Positions 54,993-63,813 of a stretch of 64,000 bases of DNA are shown here, piece after piece; the first letter of the stretch is position 1, and each line of letters starts with the position of its first letter. The stretch comes from Streptosporangiaceae bacterium (GTDB taxonomy: Bacteria > Actinomycetota > Actinomycetes > Streptosporangiales > Streptosporangiaceae). The notes under the pieces were generated by a model. That model saw nothing but the letters and a program-made list of their open reading frames with translations. It had not been told where the DNA came from and did not search any database. A program made the position numbers and the translations under genes. The stretch spans positions 15,278 to 79,277 of the forward strand of contig JAOPYK010000149.1 in assembly GCA_025964695.1 (NCBI GenBank), in the 5' to 3' direction.

Positions 54993-55874
54993 ATGATGAG
55001 CGCTGCGCTCAAGGAGCTGCTAGAGATCCTCGATCTCGAGCAGATCGAGAACGACATCTTCCGTGGCCGGAGCCCGGAGGACCGCCAGCAACGGGTCTTC
55101 GGCGGGCAGGTGGCCGGGCAGGCGCTGGTGGCGGCAGGTCGTACGGTCCCCGTCAACCGGCCCGTGCACTCGCTGCATGCGTACTTCATCCGGCCCGGAG
55201 ACCCGCTGGTGCCGATCGTCTACACCGTGGACCGGCTCCGGGACGGGCGTTCGTTCACCACCCGGCGGGTGGCCGCCATCCAGCACGGCAAGGCGATCTT
55301 CACACTGTCGGCCTCCTTCCAGGTGGCCGAGGACGGGCCGGAGCATCATGCGACGATGCCGGACGCACCCGACCCGGAGACGCTGCCCACCAACCGGGAC
55401 CGGCTCGTACCGCTGTTCGGTGAACGCTTCGCCGAGGAGTTCAGCCGCCGCCGTCCCTTCGACCTCCGGCATGCCACCCCGCTCACCTGGGAGGCGGCTA
55501 AGGATCCGTCGCTGATCACGCCCGAGTCCAAGGTATGGCTGAAGATCGACGGAGATCTGCCCGACGATCCGCTGCTGCACGTCTGCCTGATGACGTACGC
55601 CTCGGACATGACCCTGCTCGACACGGTGCTGCTCAACCACGGGCTGGCCTGGGGCGACCGGCGCACCATGGGGGCCAGCCTGGACCATGCCATGTGGTTC
55701 CACCGGCCCTTCCGCGCCGACCAGTGGCTGCTCTACGCCCAGGACACCCCGTTCGCCGGCGGCGCCCGGGGCCTGGCGCACGGCCAGGTCTTCACCCAGG
55801 ACGGGCAGCTCGTCGTCTCGGTGATGCAGGAGGGCCTCGTACGGGTCACCGATCCGGAGGAAACCGGCGAGTGA
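54993..55874 (+). CDS. tesB: Acyl-CoA thioesterase II
   Basis: RVFGGQVAGQAL, HSLHAYF, RDGRSFTTR, YASDMTLL, SLDHAMWFH, QEGLVR. Confidence 0.95.
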   Translation: MMSAALKELLEILDLEQIENDIFRGRSPEDRQQRVFGGQVAGQALVAAGRTVPVNRPVHSLHAYFIRPGDPLVPIVYTVDRLRDGRSFTTRRVAAIQHGKAIFTLSASFQVAEDGPEHHATMPDAPDPETLPTNRDRLVPLFGERFAEEFSRRRPFDLRHATPLTWEAAKDPSLITPESKVWLKIDGDLPDDPLLHVCLMTYASDMTLLDTVLLNHGLAWGDRRTMGASLDHAMWFHRPFRADQWLLYAQDTPFAGGARGLAHGQVFTQDGQLVVSVMQEGLVRVTDPEETGE

Positions 55875-55940
55875 CAGCGGGGCCGCCGACGCTGGAGAGG
55901 GCCTGCTGGTTCCGTGGAATCGTCCACAAAATCGCAGGTC

Positions 55941-55979
55941 AAAAATACCTTGATTGATTTCGTGTAATCCTCGTACGCT
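55941..55979 (+). promoter_or_regulatory. WhiB7/WblC-activated promoter
   Basis: AAAAATA-cc-TTGATT-N18-TACGCT: A-tract abutting the -35, as established for whiB7 promoters. Confidence 0.8.
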
Positions 55980-56036
55980 CTACTCGAGCACTTAGACAGC
56001 CAAGCGCCCGGTGCGTGAGGCCCGAGAGCCAGGAAG

Positions 56037-56378
56037 GTGGTGTCCGATCCGGTGAGAATCTCAATGCGTATAGAGCCGACCTGGGCCGACACCTGCCCTG
56101 GCTCCTATGCCTCCGCGCCCAAAGCCTTCATGCCCGAGTTGGCGTTCATGACGTCGTGGGACGTCCAGAACCAGCTCGCGGCCGTCGGCGAACCGCTCTC
56201 CGTCAATGGGGAGCGACTGCGCGATGAGCAGCAGTCTGCTCTGAACAGGCAAAGCCAGGACGAGCAGGGGCGGAGTGTCTTCACCGGCACTGCCACCGGC
56301 CCGATCGCTCTGACGGCCCACATGGGCGCCACCAAGCGTGGCGTGTCGGGTCCGTACCCCTGGAGGCCACCGGTCTAA
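56037..56378 (+). CDS. wblC/whiB7 leader peptide (uORF)
   Basis: SD aggaagg; ends GPYPWRPPV just before the attenuator hairpin; lies between the promoter and whiB7. Confidence 0.7.
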   Translation: MVSDPVRISMRIEPTWADTCPGSYASAPKAFMPELAFMTSWDVQNQLAAVGEPLSVNGERLRDEQQSALNRQSQDEQGRSVFTGTATGPIALTAHMGATKRGVSGPYPWRPPV

Positions 56379-56398
56379 CAAAGCACCGGTTAGCCCCC

Positions 56399-56442
56399 AG
56401 GCCGCGGATCCAGCACATCGGATCCGCGGCCTTCTTTTATTT
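56399..56442 (+). terminator. Attenuator intrinsic terminator in the whiB7 leader
   Basis: aggccgcggatcc-agcacatc-ggatccgcggcct followed by tcttttattt. Confidence 0.88.
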
Positions 56443-56497
56443 GGCCGGACGACCAACACCGACTGAACCCGTTGAGATCCAACGAGAGGAAAATGGG

Positions 56498-56791
56498 GTG
56501 ACACCGATGCAGGAGCTGGCCCTTACCGCGAACGCGGAGGACCTGCTGCTCCCGTGCCGGACCGACTCGGACCTGTTCTTCGCCGAGGCGCCCGCCGACG
56601 TCGAGCTGGCCAAGGCACTCTGCCTGGACTGCCCGATCCGCAAGGCCTGCCTGGCCGGTGCGCTCGAGCGGCAGGAGCCGTGGGGCGTCTGGGGTGGCGA
56701 GCTGTTCGTACGCGGCGAGATCGTGGCGCGCAAGCGGCCGCGTGGCCGGCCGCGCAAGGACGCTCGCGAGGCCAACGAGGTCACTGTATGA
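56498..56791 (+). CDS. whiB7: WhiB7/WblC transcriptional regulator
   Basis: PC..DSDLFFAE, AKALCLDCP..KAC, GVWGGE, AT-hook RKRPRGRPRK. Confidence 0.93.
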   Translation: MTPMQELALTANAEDLLLPCRTDSDLFFAEAPADVELAKALCLDCPIRKACLAGALERQEPWGVWGGELFVRGEIVARKRPRGRPRKDAREANEVTV

Positions 56792-57048
56792 GCACCGTCT
56801 CCGCGGTCGACATCACGCCGATCGCCGTCCCCGCCATCAGCCGACCGGAGGGCCTCAGCCCCTCCGCGATCAAGGAGCGCAAGGTGAGCTTGCTCAGCGT
56901 AGAACTGTCCAGGGAGCGAATACGCGTCCTGGACCGGGAGATCAACCAGAACGTCCATGCGGCCGCCAGGGTCCGCGCCGTCAGGCGCGCCCGCCGCGAC
57001 GCCCGGGTACGGGCGCTGCGAGTGCGCCGCCTCCTGCTCGCCCGGTAA
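56788..57048 (+). CDS. Small Arg-rich protein coupled to whiB7
   Basis: ATGA overlap with the whiB7 stop; alternative GTG 56884 with SD aaggag; ends ARVRAVRRARRDARVRALRVRRLLLAR. Confidence 0.6.
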   Translation: MSTVSAVDITPIAVPAISRPEGLSPSAIKERKVSLLSVELSRERIRVLDREINQNVHAAARVRAVRRARRDARVRALRVRRLLLAR

Positions 57049-57132
57049 GCCCGGTCGTGAACCGGTAGCCGAACCGCCGCCCGGCCTTCTTGGATGGTTT
57101 GCCGGCCGGCGGTTCCCGGGACGAGCACAGAA

Positions 57133-57167
57133 AAGCGGGGCCCCTGCCAAAAGCAGGGGCCCCGCTT
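57133..57167. terminator. 15-bp perfect hairpin between convergent genes
   Basis: aagcggggcccctgc-caaaa-gcaggggccccgctt. Confidence 0.85.
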
Positions 57168-57213
57168 CCGTCAATCCATGACCTGCGGCCGACCTCATGA
57201 GCGAGGTGGCGGG

Positions 57214-58560
57214 TCACCCGGTGAGCTCTTCGTCGGCAGCGGTGTCGTCCTCGTCGTCGGCGAAGCCGGGCACCCACTGGAGTGCCTCGCCGCGGAACGG
57301 ACCCTCGGCCTCGAGCTGGCACAGCACGCCGGTGCCCGCCGACACCACCCGGTGGATGATCACGTACGACGGCGGCAGGTTGAGCTGCCGGACGACGTTG
57401 GTCGGGCGCAGGTCGGTGACCCGGGCGGCCTGTTCGCGCAGCCATTCCCGGCTGAACTTGAAGGTGTCCTCGATGAGCGGCTCGGCGATCGGTGCGATGA
57501 AGGCACGCAGTCCCTCGGGGTCGACGGTGACGCCCTCGCGGAGGAAGTCCTCCTCGCGCAGCGTCCGTTCGATCTCATCGATGTCCAGGATCGTGCCGAT
57601 CCGCATCAGCCGGCCGATGCGGCGGTGGAAACCGCCGGGCAGCCGGTCGATCGCGCCGAAGTCCAGGACTCCCAGCCGGCCGTCGTCGAGCAACCGGAAG
57701 TTGCCCGGGTGCGGGTCACCGTGCAGCAGGCCGCTGCGGGCCGGCCCGGAGAACAGAAACCGGCAGTACAGCAGCCCGGCATGGTCGCGCTGCTCCTGCG
57801 TGCCCTCGTTGATGATCTTGGAGAGCGGGAGGCCGCTCTCCATCCACTCGGTGACGAGCACGTTTCCCGACTGTGAGACGACCTCGGGAACGAAGAAGTC
57901 GGGGTCATCGAGGTAGGCCTTGTGGAAGATGGCCTGCGACTCGGCCTCGATGGAGTAGTCGAGCTCCTCGACCACACGTTCCTTGAGCTCGGCGAGCATG
58001 GTCTTGATGTCCAGCCCGGGCATCAGCGCCCCGAACAGCTTGCCGATCCGGGCCAGCTGGTTGAAGTCGCTGATCAGGGCCTTTCCCGCACCGGGATACT
58101 GCACCTTGACGGCGACGGTACGGCCGTCGCGCCAGATGGCCTTGTGCACCTGGCCGATCGAGGCGGACGCGGCGGGCCTGTCGTCGAACTCGGTGAACTG
58201 CCCGCGCCAGTCCGGTCCCAGGCTCTGCGCGAGCACCTCGTGCACGGTCCGCGCGGGCATTGGAGGGGCGGAGTCCTGCAGCTTGGTCAGCATGCTGCGG
58301 TACGGGCCCGCGATCTCCGGAGGCAACGCCGCCTCGAAGATCGACAGCATCTGGCCGACCTTCATCGCCCCGCCTTTGAGCTCGCCCAGAACCCTGAACA
58401 GCTGCTCGGCGGTGCGGGTCTGAATCTCCTGGGCGACGAGCTCGGCAGGCCTGCCGATGGTCCGCTTGCCGAAGCCGAGAGCGCTACGCCCGGCGAATCC
58501 GATGGGCAGGGTCGCTAGCTTTGCCGTCCGCGTCACCGCGCGGCGAGGGAGATCGGTCAC
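57214..58560 (-). CDS. ABC1/UbiB family atypical kinase (Rv3197-like)
   Basis: LKGGAMKVGQ, AASASIGQVH, VAVKVQYPG, ELDY, HGDPHPGN, LDFG; start at GTG (TDLPRRAV). Confidence 0.92.
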   Translation of the reverse strand: MTDLPRRAVTRTAKLATLPIGFAGRSALGFGKRTIGRPAELVAQEIQTRTAEQLFRVLGELKGGAMKVGQMLSIFEAALPPEIAGPYRSMLTKLQDSAPPMPARTVHEVLAQSLGPDWRGQFTEFDDRPAASASIGQVHKAIWRDGRTVAVKVQYPGAGKALISDFNQLARIGKLFGALMPGLDIKTMLAELKERVVEELDYSIEAESQAIFHKAYLDDPDFFVPEVVSQSGNVLVTEWMESGLPLSKIINEGTQEQRDHAGLLYCRFLFSGPARSGLLHGDPHPGNFRLLDDGRLGVLDFGAIDRLPGGFHRRIGRLMRIGTILDIDEIERTLREEDFLREGVTVDPEGLRAFIAPIAEPLIEDTFKFSREWLREQAARVTDLRPTNVVRQLNLPPSYVIIHRVVSAGTGVLCQLEAEGPFRGEALQWVPGFADDEDDTAADEELTG

Positions 58561-58766
58561 CGGCCCATTGTCCGCGATAAGTGGTCGTTTACGCCACAAC
58601 GACCTTGACGAATCCTGGCCAGAGCTTTGTAGCTTACGGTGGCTAGCTGGCGAAACATCGGCCGCGTGGCCTTTCTCACGCATCCGGCCAGCTCTTGACA
58701 CCATGGCAACGAGGGCGGCGAACGGGCCGGCCCACGCGTCCATTCCGGCACGGATAGCCTCCTGGC

Positions 58767-59555
58767 ATGTTCGAAGAGCTGACCGTGGACCGCCGTCCCG
58801 ACGGGATCGTCGTCCTCACGCTGAACGACCCCGCGCGCCGCAACGCCATGTCCGACGAGATGACCGCGGCCTGGAAACAGACGATGAGCGAGCTGCGGGC
58901 CGACCCGGCGCTGCGGTGCGTCGTGGTCACCGGCGCCGGCAGCGCCTTCTCCTCCGGTGGCAACCTGTCCTGGCTCGCGGAGCGTAACGACATCGAGCTC
59001 CCGGCACTGCGTGATCACATGCTGGAGTTCTACCGGAGCTGGCTGACGATCCGGCAGCTGGAAGTGCCCACGATCGCGGCGATCAACGGGCCCGCGGTCG
59101 GCGCGGGACTGTGCCTCGCCCTCGCCTGTGACCTGCGCTACGTGGCCGACGATGCCAAACTCCTGGCGCCCTTCACCGCGCTGGGCCTGCACCCGGGCAT
59201 GGCGGCGACCTTTCTGTTCCCGGAGACCGTTGGACTGCCGCGCGCCCGTGAGCTGCTGTTCACCGGCCGTACCGTGACCGGCGCGCAGGCGGAGGCCATC
59301 GGCCTGGTCAACCGGGCGGTGCCACGATCCCAGGTGCTCCAGGAAGCGCTCGAGATCGCCGGAGAGATCGCGGCGCAGGCTCCGGTGGCCACCCGGCTCG
59401 CCAAGGTGGCGCTCTCCGACGGGGGACCGCCCAGCCTGGAGGCCGCGCTGCGCTGGGAGTCGCTCGCCCAGCCGGTGACCATGACCTCGCAGGACCTGCT
59501 GGAGGGACTGGCCGCCCAGCGCGACAGACGCCGTCCGAACTTCAGCGGCCGTTGA
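58767..59555 (+). CDS. Enoyl-CoA hydratase/isomerase family
   Basis: LNDPARRNAM, AFSSGGNL, PTIAAINGPAVGAG, GLHPGMA. Confidence 0.92.
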   Translation: MFEELTVDRRPDGIVVLTLNDPARRNAMSDEMTAAWKQTMSELRADPALRCVVVTGAGSAFSSGGNLSWLAERNDIELPALRDHMLEFYRSWLTIRQLEVPTIAAINGPAVGAGLCLALACDLRYVADDAKLLAPFTALGLHPGMAATFLFPETVGLPRARELLFTGRTVTGAQAEAIGLVNRAVPRSQVLQEALEIAGEIAAQAPVATRLAKVALSDGGPPSLEAALRWESLAQPVTMTSQDLLEGLAAQRDRRRPNFSGR

Positions 59556-59651
59556 TGGCGGCGTGCACAGCGGGTGTTCAGGAACGTCCAAGGCGTGAGA
59601 CAACTCCTGTCGAGGATGGGACACAGGTCGTGGAAACCGTGGTGGGTTTCC

Positions 59652-59746
59652 TGTGGAAAACAAGACCCCAGCCTGTGGACAGTTCTGGGGAGAACCTAAA
59701 AAATCCGAGCTGACCTGGTCAAATACGATCTACCCCCTGTGGAGAA
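59652..59746. other. Cluster of co-oriented DnaA-box-like 9-mers
   Basis: tgtggaaaa 59652, tgtggacag 59674, tggggagaa 59686, tgtggagaa 59738 versus TGTGGA(C/T)AA. Confidence 0.4.
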
Positions 59747-59773
59747 AGCAAAATTTTCGGTACGGTTCTTGCC

Positions 59774-60343
59774 GTGCCCCCTAACGTCGAGGTCCGCCGC
59801 AGCGCCCGACGCAGACGGACCGTCTCCGCCTACCGCGACGGTGACAAAACCGTCGTGCTGCTGCCCTCCCGCCTGACCCAAGCCGAAGAAGAACAATGGG
59901 TCGCCACGATCCTGGAACGGCTCGCCGAACGGGAGCGCCGTAGGCGCCCCAGCGACGAGGCACTCCTGGAGCGGGCTCGTGACCTGTCGTGCCGTTATCT
60001 GCCCGGGCCTCCAGAGCCGGCGAGTGTTCGCTGGGTCGACAACCAGCGCAGCCGCTGGGGCTCGTGCACGCCGGACGACGGGACGATCAGGCTCTCCACC
60101 CGGCTGCGCGGCATGCCGAGCTGGGTGATCGACTACGTCCTCGTCCATGAGCTGGCGCATCTGCTCGTGCCCGGACACGGTCCCCGGTTCTGGGAGCTCG
60201 TAGCCGGTTATCCCAAGTCCGAGCGGGCCCGCGGCTACCTCGAGGGGGTCGCCGCCGCGATGCACATGCCCGCCGAGGACGAACCTCAGGCCGAGGACGA
60301 ACCGCACGCCGATGGCGAGCTACGGCACGAGGTCGCCGGGTGA
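59774..60343 (+). CDS. M48/YgjP-like zinc metallopeptidase
   Basis: VEVRRSARRRRTVSA, RWGSCTP, IRLSTRL, VHELAH, HGPRFW. Confidence 0.88.
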   Translation: MPPNVEVRRSARRRRTVSAYRDGDKTVVLLPSRLTQAEEEQWVATILERLAERERRRRPSDEALLERARDLSCRYLPGPPEPASVRWVDNQRSRWGSCTPDDGTIRLSTRLRGMPSWVIDYVLVHELAHLLVPGHGPRFWELVAGYPKSERARGYLEGVAAAMHMPAEDEPQAEDEPHADGELRHEVAG

Positions 60344-60942
60344 CGAGCCGCTTTGTGGCGGTGCTGGCCGACCTGACCGGGCGCGCGAGCCCGCCGGGCA
60401 TCGATCCGGCCGAGTTCGGGCTCGCCCTCCTGGAGGACACCTACGAGGTGGCCGCGGGTCTGGATCTGGTGACCCCCGCCATGGTCGCCGCCCCTCCCAT
60501 ACCACCGGAGATCGAGTCGATCACCTGGCCGGGGACACCGATCGTGCCGGCCGTGGGGCTGGCGGAGGCATTCACCCGGCTGCACGGGCTGGGGGCCGAT
60601 CAGGCGGCGATCATCGCGGCGGACGCCCCCGACCTGCCGCCGTTGCTCATCGGCAAGCTGTTCCGCGCGCTGAGTCACGCTCCGGTGGCCGCCTGCCCTG
60701 CCGACAGCGGTCTGGTCGCCCTGGCCGCCTGGCTGCCGCTCCCGGACTGGCTGCGCACCGCACTGGCGACCGTGGATCTCGATACACCCGACGCCTTCAC
60801 ACGGCTCCGAGCAGCCGCTCCCCGCCCCGGTCTGGTCCAGTCGGGCCCCGGCTGGCACCGTCTCCGCGGGCCCGCCGACATCGCCCGCCTCGATCCCGGC
60901 CTGGAGGGATGGGACAACACCCGGGTGCTGCTCGGCGGCTGA
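60340..60942 (+). CDS. Hypothetical protein, possible DUF2064/CofC-like fold
   Basis: ALLEDT, AIIAADAPDLP, VAACPA, DLDTPD; GTGA-coupled to the upstream gene. Confidence 0.5.
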   Translation: MTSRFVAVLADLTGRASPPGIDPAEFGLALLEDTYEVAAGLDLVTPAMVAAPPIPPEIESITWPGTPIVPAVGLAEAFTRLHGLGADQAAIIAADAPDLPPLLIGKLFRALSHAPVAACPADSGLVALAAWLPLPDWLRTALATVDLDTPDAFTRLRAAAPRPGLVQSGPGWHRLRGPADIARLDPGLEGWDNTRVLLGG

Positions 60943-61024
60943 GCCAGGGGGCCCCGTGGAGGCCTGTCCTGACGCCGGTTCTGTGGAAGCGGGCGCCTTC
61001 GGTTACCGCTCGCCGGCCGGGCGG

Positions 61025-61819
61025 TCAGGTCTCGATGTGGCGCAGGGTGAACTCCCGGCTCGCGAACGCACCACCCTGCGGTCCGCCGGCGGCGAAGAAC
61101 TCGTCGGCGCCGGGGATCCGGTCAGCGTACGCCTCGGCGTCATCGAGGGGGCGGTACCCGAGGGTCTCGTCCAGGCTCCAGAACCGCCTGGTGTTGTCGG
61201 AGATCGCGTAGACCGCGTTGAAGCCGGTGAGCGGGGCGGTGAGAGCGGCCCGTACGAAACCGGCGCAGTCACGCGGGCTCAACCAGGTGGCGAGATGCCG
61301 GGGCTGTGTGGGTTCGACCTCGAAGCTGCCGATGCGCAGGCAGACCACTTCCACGCCGAATTTGTCGGCGTACAGCCGGCCGAGGGCCTCCACCGCCACC
61401 TTGCTCACCCCGTACAGGCCGTCCGGCCGCGGTGGCATCTCCGGCGACACACGCTGCGTGACGGGATAACAGCCGGTCAGCCTGTTGCTGCTGGCCAGGA
61501 CGACGCGCCGAACACCGGTGCGGCGGGCGGCCTCCAGCACATGGTGGGTGCCCAGGACGTTGCCTTCGAGCAGTTCGGAGAGCGGCGCCTCGTCGGAGAC
61601 CCCGGCCAGGTGCACGATGCCGTCGGCGCCCCCGATGAGTGCCGCGATCTCCGCAGGTCCGGCGAGTTCGGAGCGCCGGACGTCCTCGGCCGGCGTCTCG
61701 GCGGTCAGCGGCACCCGGTCGACGAGCACCAGCCGGGCCGTGTCCGTCCGCAGCAGGGGACGGAGCAGCGTGCCGATGCGGCCGGCCGCCCCGGTCAGCA
61801 CCACCGTGCCCAGCGTCAT
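61025..61819 (-). CDS. NAD-dependent epimerase/dehydratase, uronate dehydrogenase-like
   Basis: TGAAGRIG, VHLAG, ASSN, YGVSK, LRIGS, WLSPRD, AISDN. Confidence 0.85.
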   Translation of the reverse strand: MTLGTVVLTGAAGRIGTLLRPLLRTDTARLVLVDRVPLTAETPAEDVRRSELAGPAEIAALIGGADGIVHLAGVSDEAPLSELLEGNVLGTHHVLEAARRTGVRRVVLASSNRLTGCYPVTQRVSPEMPPRPDGLYGVSKVAVEALGRLYADKFGVEVVCLRIGSFEVEPTQPRHLATWLSPRDCAGFVRAALTAPLTGFNAVYAISDNTRRFWSLDETLGYRPLDDAEAYADRIPGADEFFAAGGPQGGAFASREFTLRHIET

Positions 61820-62367
61820 CGGACTGTGGCCCTGCCGACGAGGCGGCGCAGGGCCTCGTCCGTCGGCTCCGGCAGTGCGCCGACCTCGAACCAGCGCAGG
61901 TCCTCGGACTCGTCGCTGATGTGATGACGGGCTCCGGCAGGGGCGATCGCCGCGTACTGCACATCCAGATGGTAGGAGCCCTCCGGATGACAGCGCACGA
62001 AATGCCGGTCGATCTGAACCGGGTCGGGCAGCAACCGCAGCCCGGCGATGCCGGACTCCTCGGTCGCCTCGCGCAGCGCCGCCTCGGACAGGGTCAGATC
62101 GGCGGGCTCACAGTGGCCGCCGAGCTGCAGCCACGCCTTCACCTTGCTGTGCAGGGTCAGGAGCACCCGTGATCTGGACTCGTCGAGCACCGCCGTGCTG
62201 GCGGTGATGTGCCCGGCGGCGCACCTGCGCCACATGCCGTCGGGATACGCGGCGAGATGCTCCAGGAACTCCCGCCGTCTGCGGTCCTGTTCGGCGTCGG
62301 GGGCCCGCCACCGGGTGAGCACCCGTACCGCGTCCGCGTGCAACGTGTCGTGCGCGTTCGTGATCAT
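61816..62367 (-). CDS. NUDIX hydrolase
   Basis: GHITAS, WLQLGGHCEPAD...AALREATEESG, HLDVQY. Confidence 0.9.
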   Translation of the reverse strand: MITNAHDTLHADAVRVLTRWRAPDAEQDRRRREFLEHLAAYPDGMWRRCAAGHITASTAVLDESRSRVLLTLHSKVKAWLQLGGHCEPADLTLSEAALREATEESGIAGLRLLPDPVQIDRHFVRCHPEGSYHLDVQYAAIAPAGARHHISDESEDLRWFEVGALPEPTDEALRRLVGRATVR

Positions 62368-62409
62368 GCAATCCGTCGGCGGATCACGCGATCACGGCTG
62401 AAGCGGGGG

Positions 62410-63738
62410 TCATGCGGGGTCGTCCTTGTCACCGGGGCCGTCCTCGGGAGGGGCGTCCGGAGCGTCGTTGAGCTGGGAGAGATCCAGATCGGACTGCTTG
62501 TCATGGACGAAGGAGTCCGGATCGCCGAGATCATCGGCGGTGGGCATTAGATCGGGGTGCTCCCAGACCGCGTCGCGGCCATCCTGGCCACGGACCTCGG
62601 TCAGCGCCCGCCAGAGGGCACCGGCCTCGCGCAACCGGCGTGGCCGTAGCTCCAATCCCACCAGAGTGGCGAAGGTGTGCTCCGCGGGCCCCCCGGTGGC
62701 GCGGCGCCGCCGTACGGCTTCGGCCAGTCTGGCGGCCTCGGGCAGCCGGCCCTCGGCGACCGAGTTGACCACGGTGTCGACCCACCCCTCGACCAGGGCG
62801 AGCGCGGTCTCCAGCCGGGCCAGCGCCGCCTTCTGCTGCGGGGTCTCCTCGGGCTGGAGCTGCAGTTCCCCGCCGAGCGCCTGCTGCAGGGCCTCCGGGT
62901 CGTTGAGGTCCAGGCCGGCGACGGCCTGCTCGATTCCGCTCAGATCGACGGTGATGCCACGCGCGTAGTCCTCGACCGCCCCCAGCAGGTGGGACCGCAG
63001 CCACGGCACATGGGCGAACAGCCGCTGGTGCGCGGCCTCCCGCAACGCGAGATACAGCCGTACCTCGTCCTCCTCGATCTCCAGGCCCTTGCCGAACGCG
63101 GTGACCCCGGCCGGTAGGAGGGCGCCGACGCCCTCGGGAGCCAGCGGCAGGCCCACGTCGGTGGAGCCGACGACGTCCCGGGCCAGGGTGCCCAGCGCCT
63201 GGCCGGCCTGGCCGCCCACCATCGCGCCCGCCATCTGCCGGATCATGCCGACCAGCGGGCCGGTCATGGCCTGCATCTCCTGGGGCAGGTCACCGCCGCC
63301 CAGCGCGCCCCCCATGGAGTCGACCATGCGGGCCGCGATCGGGTCGCAGACCTTCGACCAGACCGGCAGCGTGTTCTCGATCCACTCCGACCGGCTCCAC
63401 GCCTGGGGCGTCCGGATGCCCGCGGGCAGTGTGGTGCCCTCGTCCAGCCACAGATCGGCCAGGCGCAGTGCGTCCTCGACCTGCCGGCGTTCGGTGCTGA
63501 CGATCGACGGATCGCCCTGTTCGGTGACCGTGTGCCGTGCGATGTTCTTGGCGAGGTCCCAGTTGAGCGGGCCCTCGCCGCCACTGCCCTGGCTGCCGAG
63601 CATGTCGGCGAAACGATGGAGCATGTCGGCGAACTGCCCCATATCGCCGCCCATGGCGCCGAAGGGGTCGTTGGGCTGACCGGGTTTGTCGTCGCCCTCG
63701 TCGCTGGGGCGCCCGAAGCCGAAAGGTGTGTTACTCAT
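62410..63738 (-). CDS. DUF2342 zinc-dependent metalloprotease (Rv3195-like)
   Basis: NWDLA, AWSRSEW, GSTDVGLP, YLALREAAHQRLF, LVEGWV, VGLELRPR. Confidence 0.88.
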   Translation of the reverse strand: MSNTPFGFGRPSDEGDDKPGQPNDPFGAMGGDMGQFADMLHRFADMLGSQGSGGEGPLNWDLAKNIARHTVTEQGDPSIVSTERRQVEDALRLADLWLDEGTTLPAGIRTPQAWSRSEWIENTLPVWSKVCDPIAARMVDSMGGALGGGDLPQEMQAMTGPLVGMIRQMAGAMVGGQAGQALGTLARDVVGSTDVGLPLAPEGVGALLPAGVTAFGKGLEIEEDEVRLYLALREAAHQRLFAHVPWLRSHLLGAVEDYARGITVDLSGIEQAVAGLDLNDPEALQQALGGELQLQPEETPQQKAALARLETALALVEGWVDTVVNSVAEGRLPEAARLAEAVRRRRATGGPAEHTFATLVGLELRPRRLREAGALWRALTEVRGQDGRDAVWEHPDLMPTADDLGDPDSFVHDKQSDLDLSQLNDAPDAPPEDGPGDKDDPA

Positions 63739-63813
63739 GGTGGTGACCACAGGCCGGAAGATGGGTCATACGCTCACGTTAGTCGGTCCTGCCAAAGGGG
63801 GGATGACTCGGCT

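Noticed and set aside
469-63679. The many long alternative-frame and antisense ORFs in the track (e.g. 1874-3091, 3724-5622, 12098-13753, 28352-30403, 38633-40864, 53156-55189)
   Set aside because: They overlap well-supported genes, lack motifs, and are the expected shadow ORFs of high-GC codon bias
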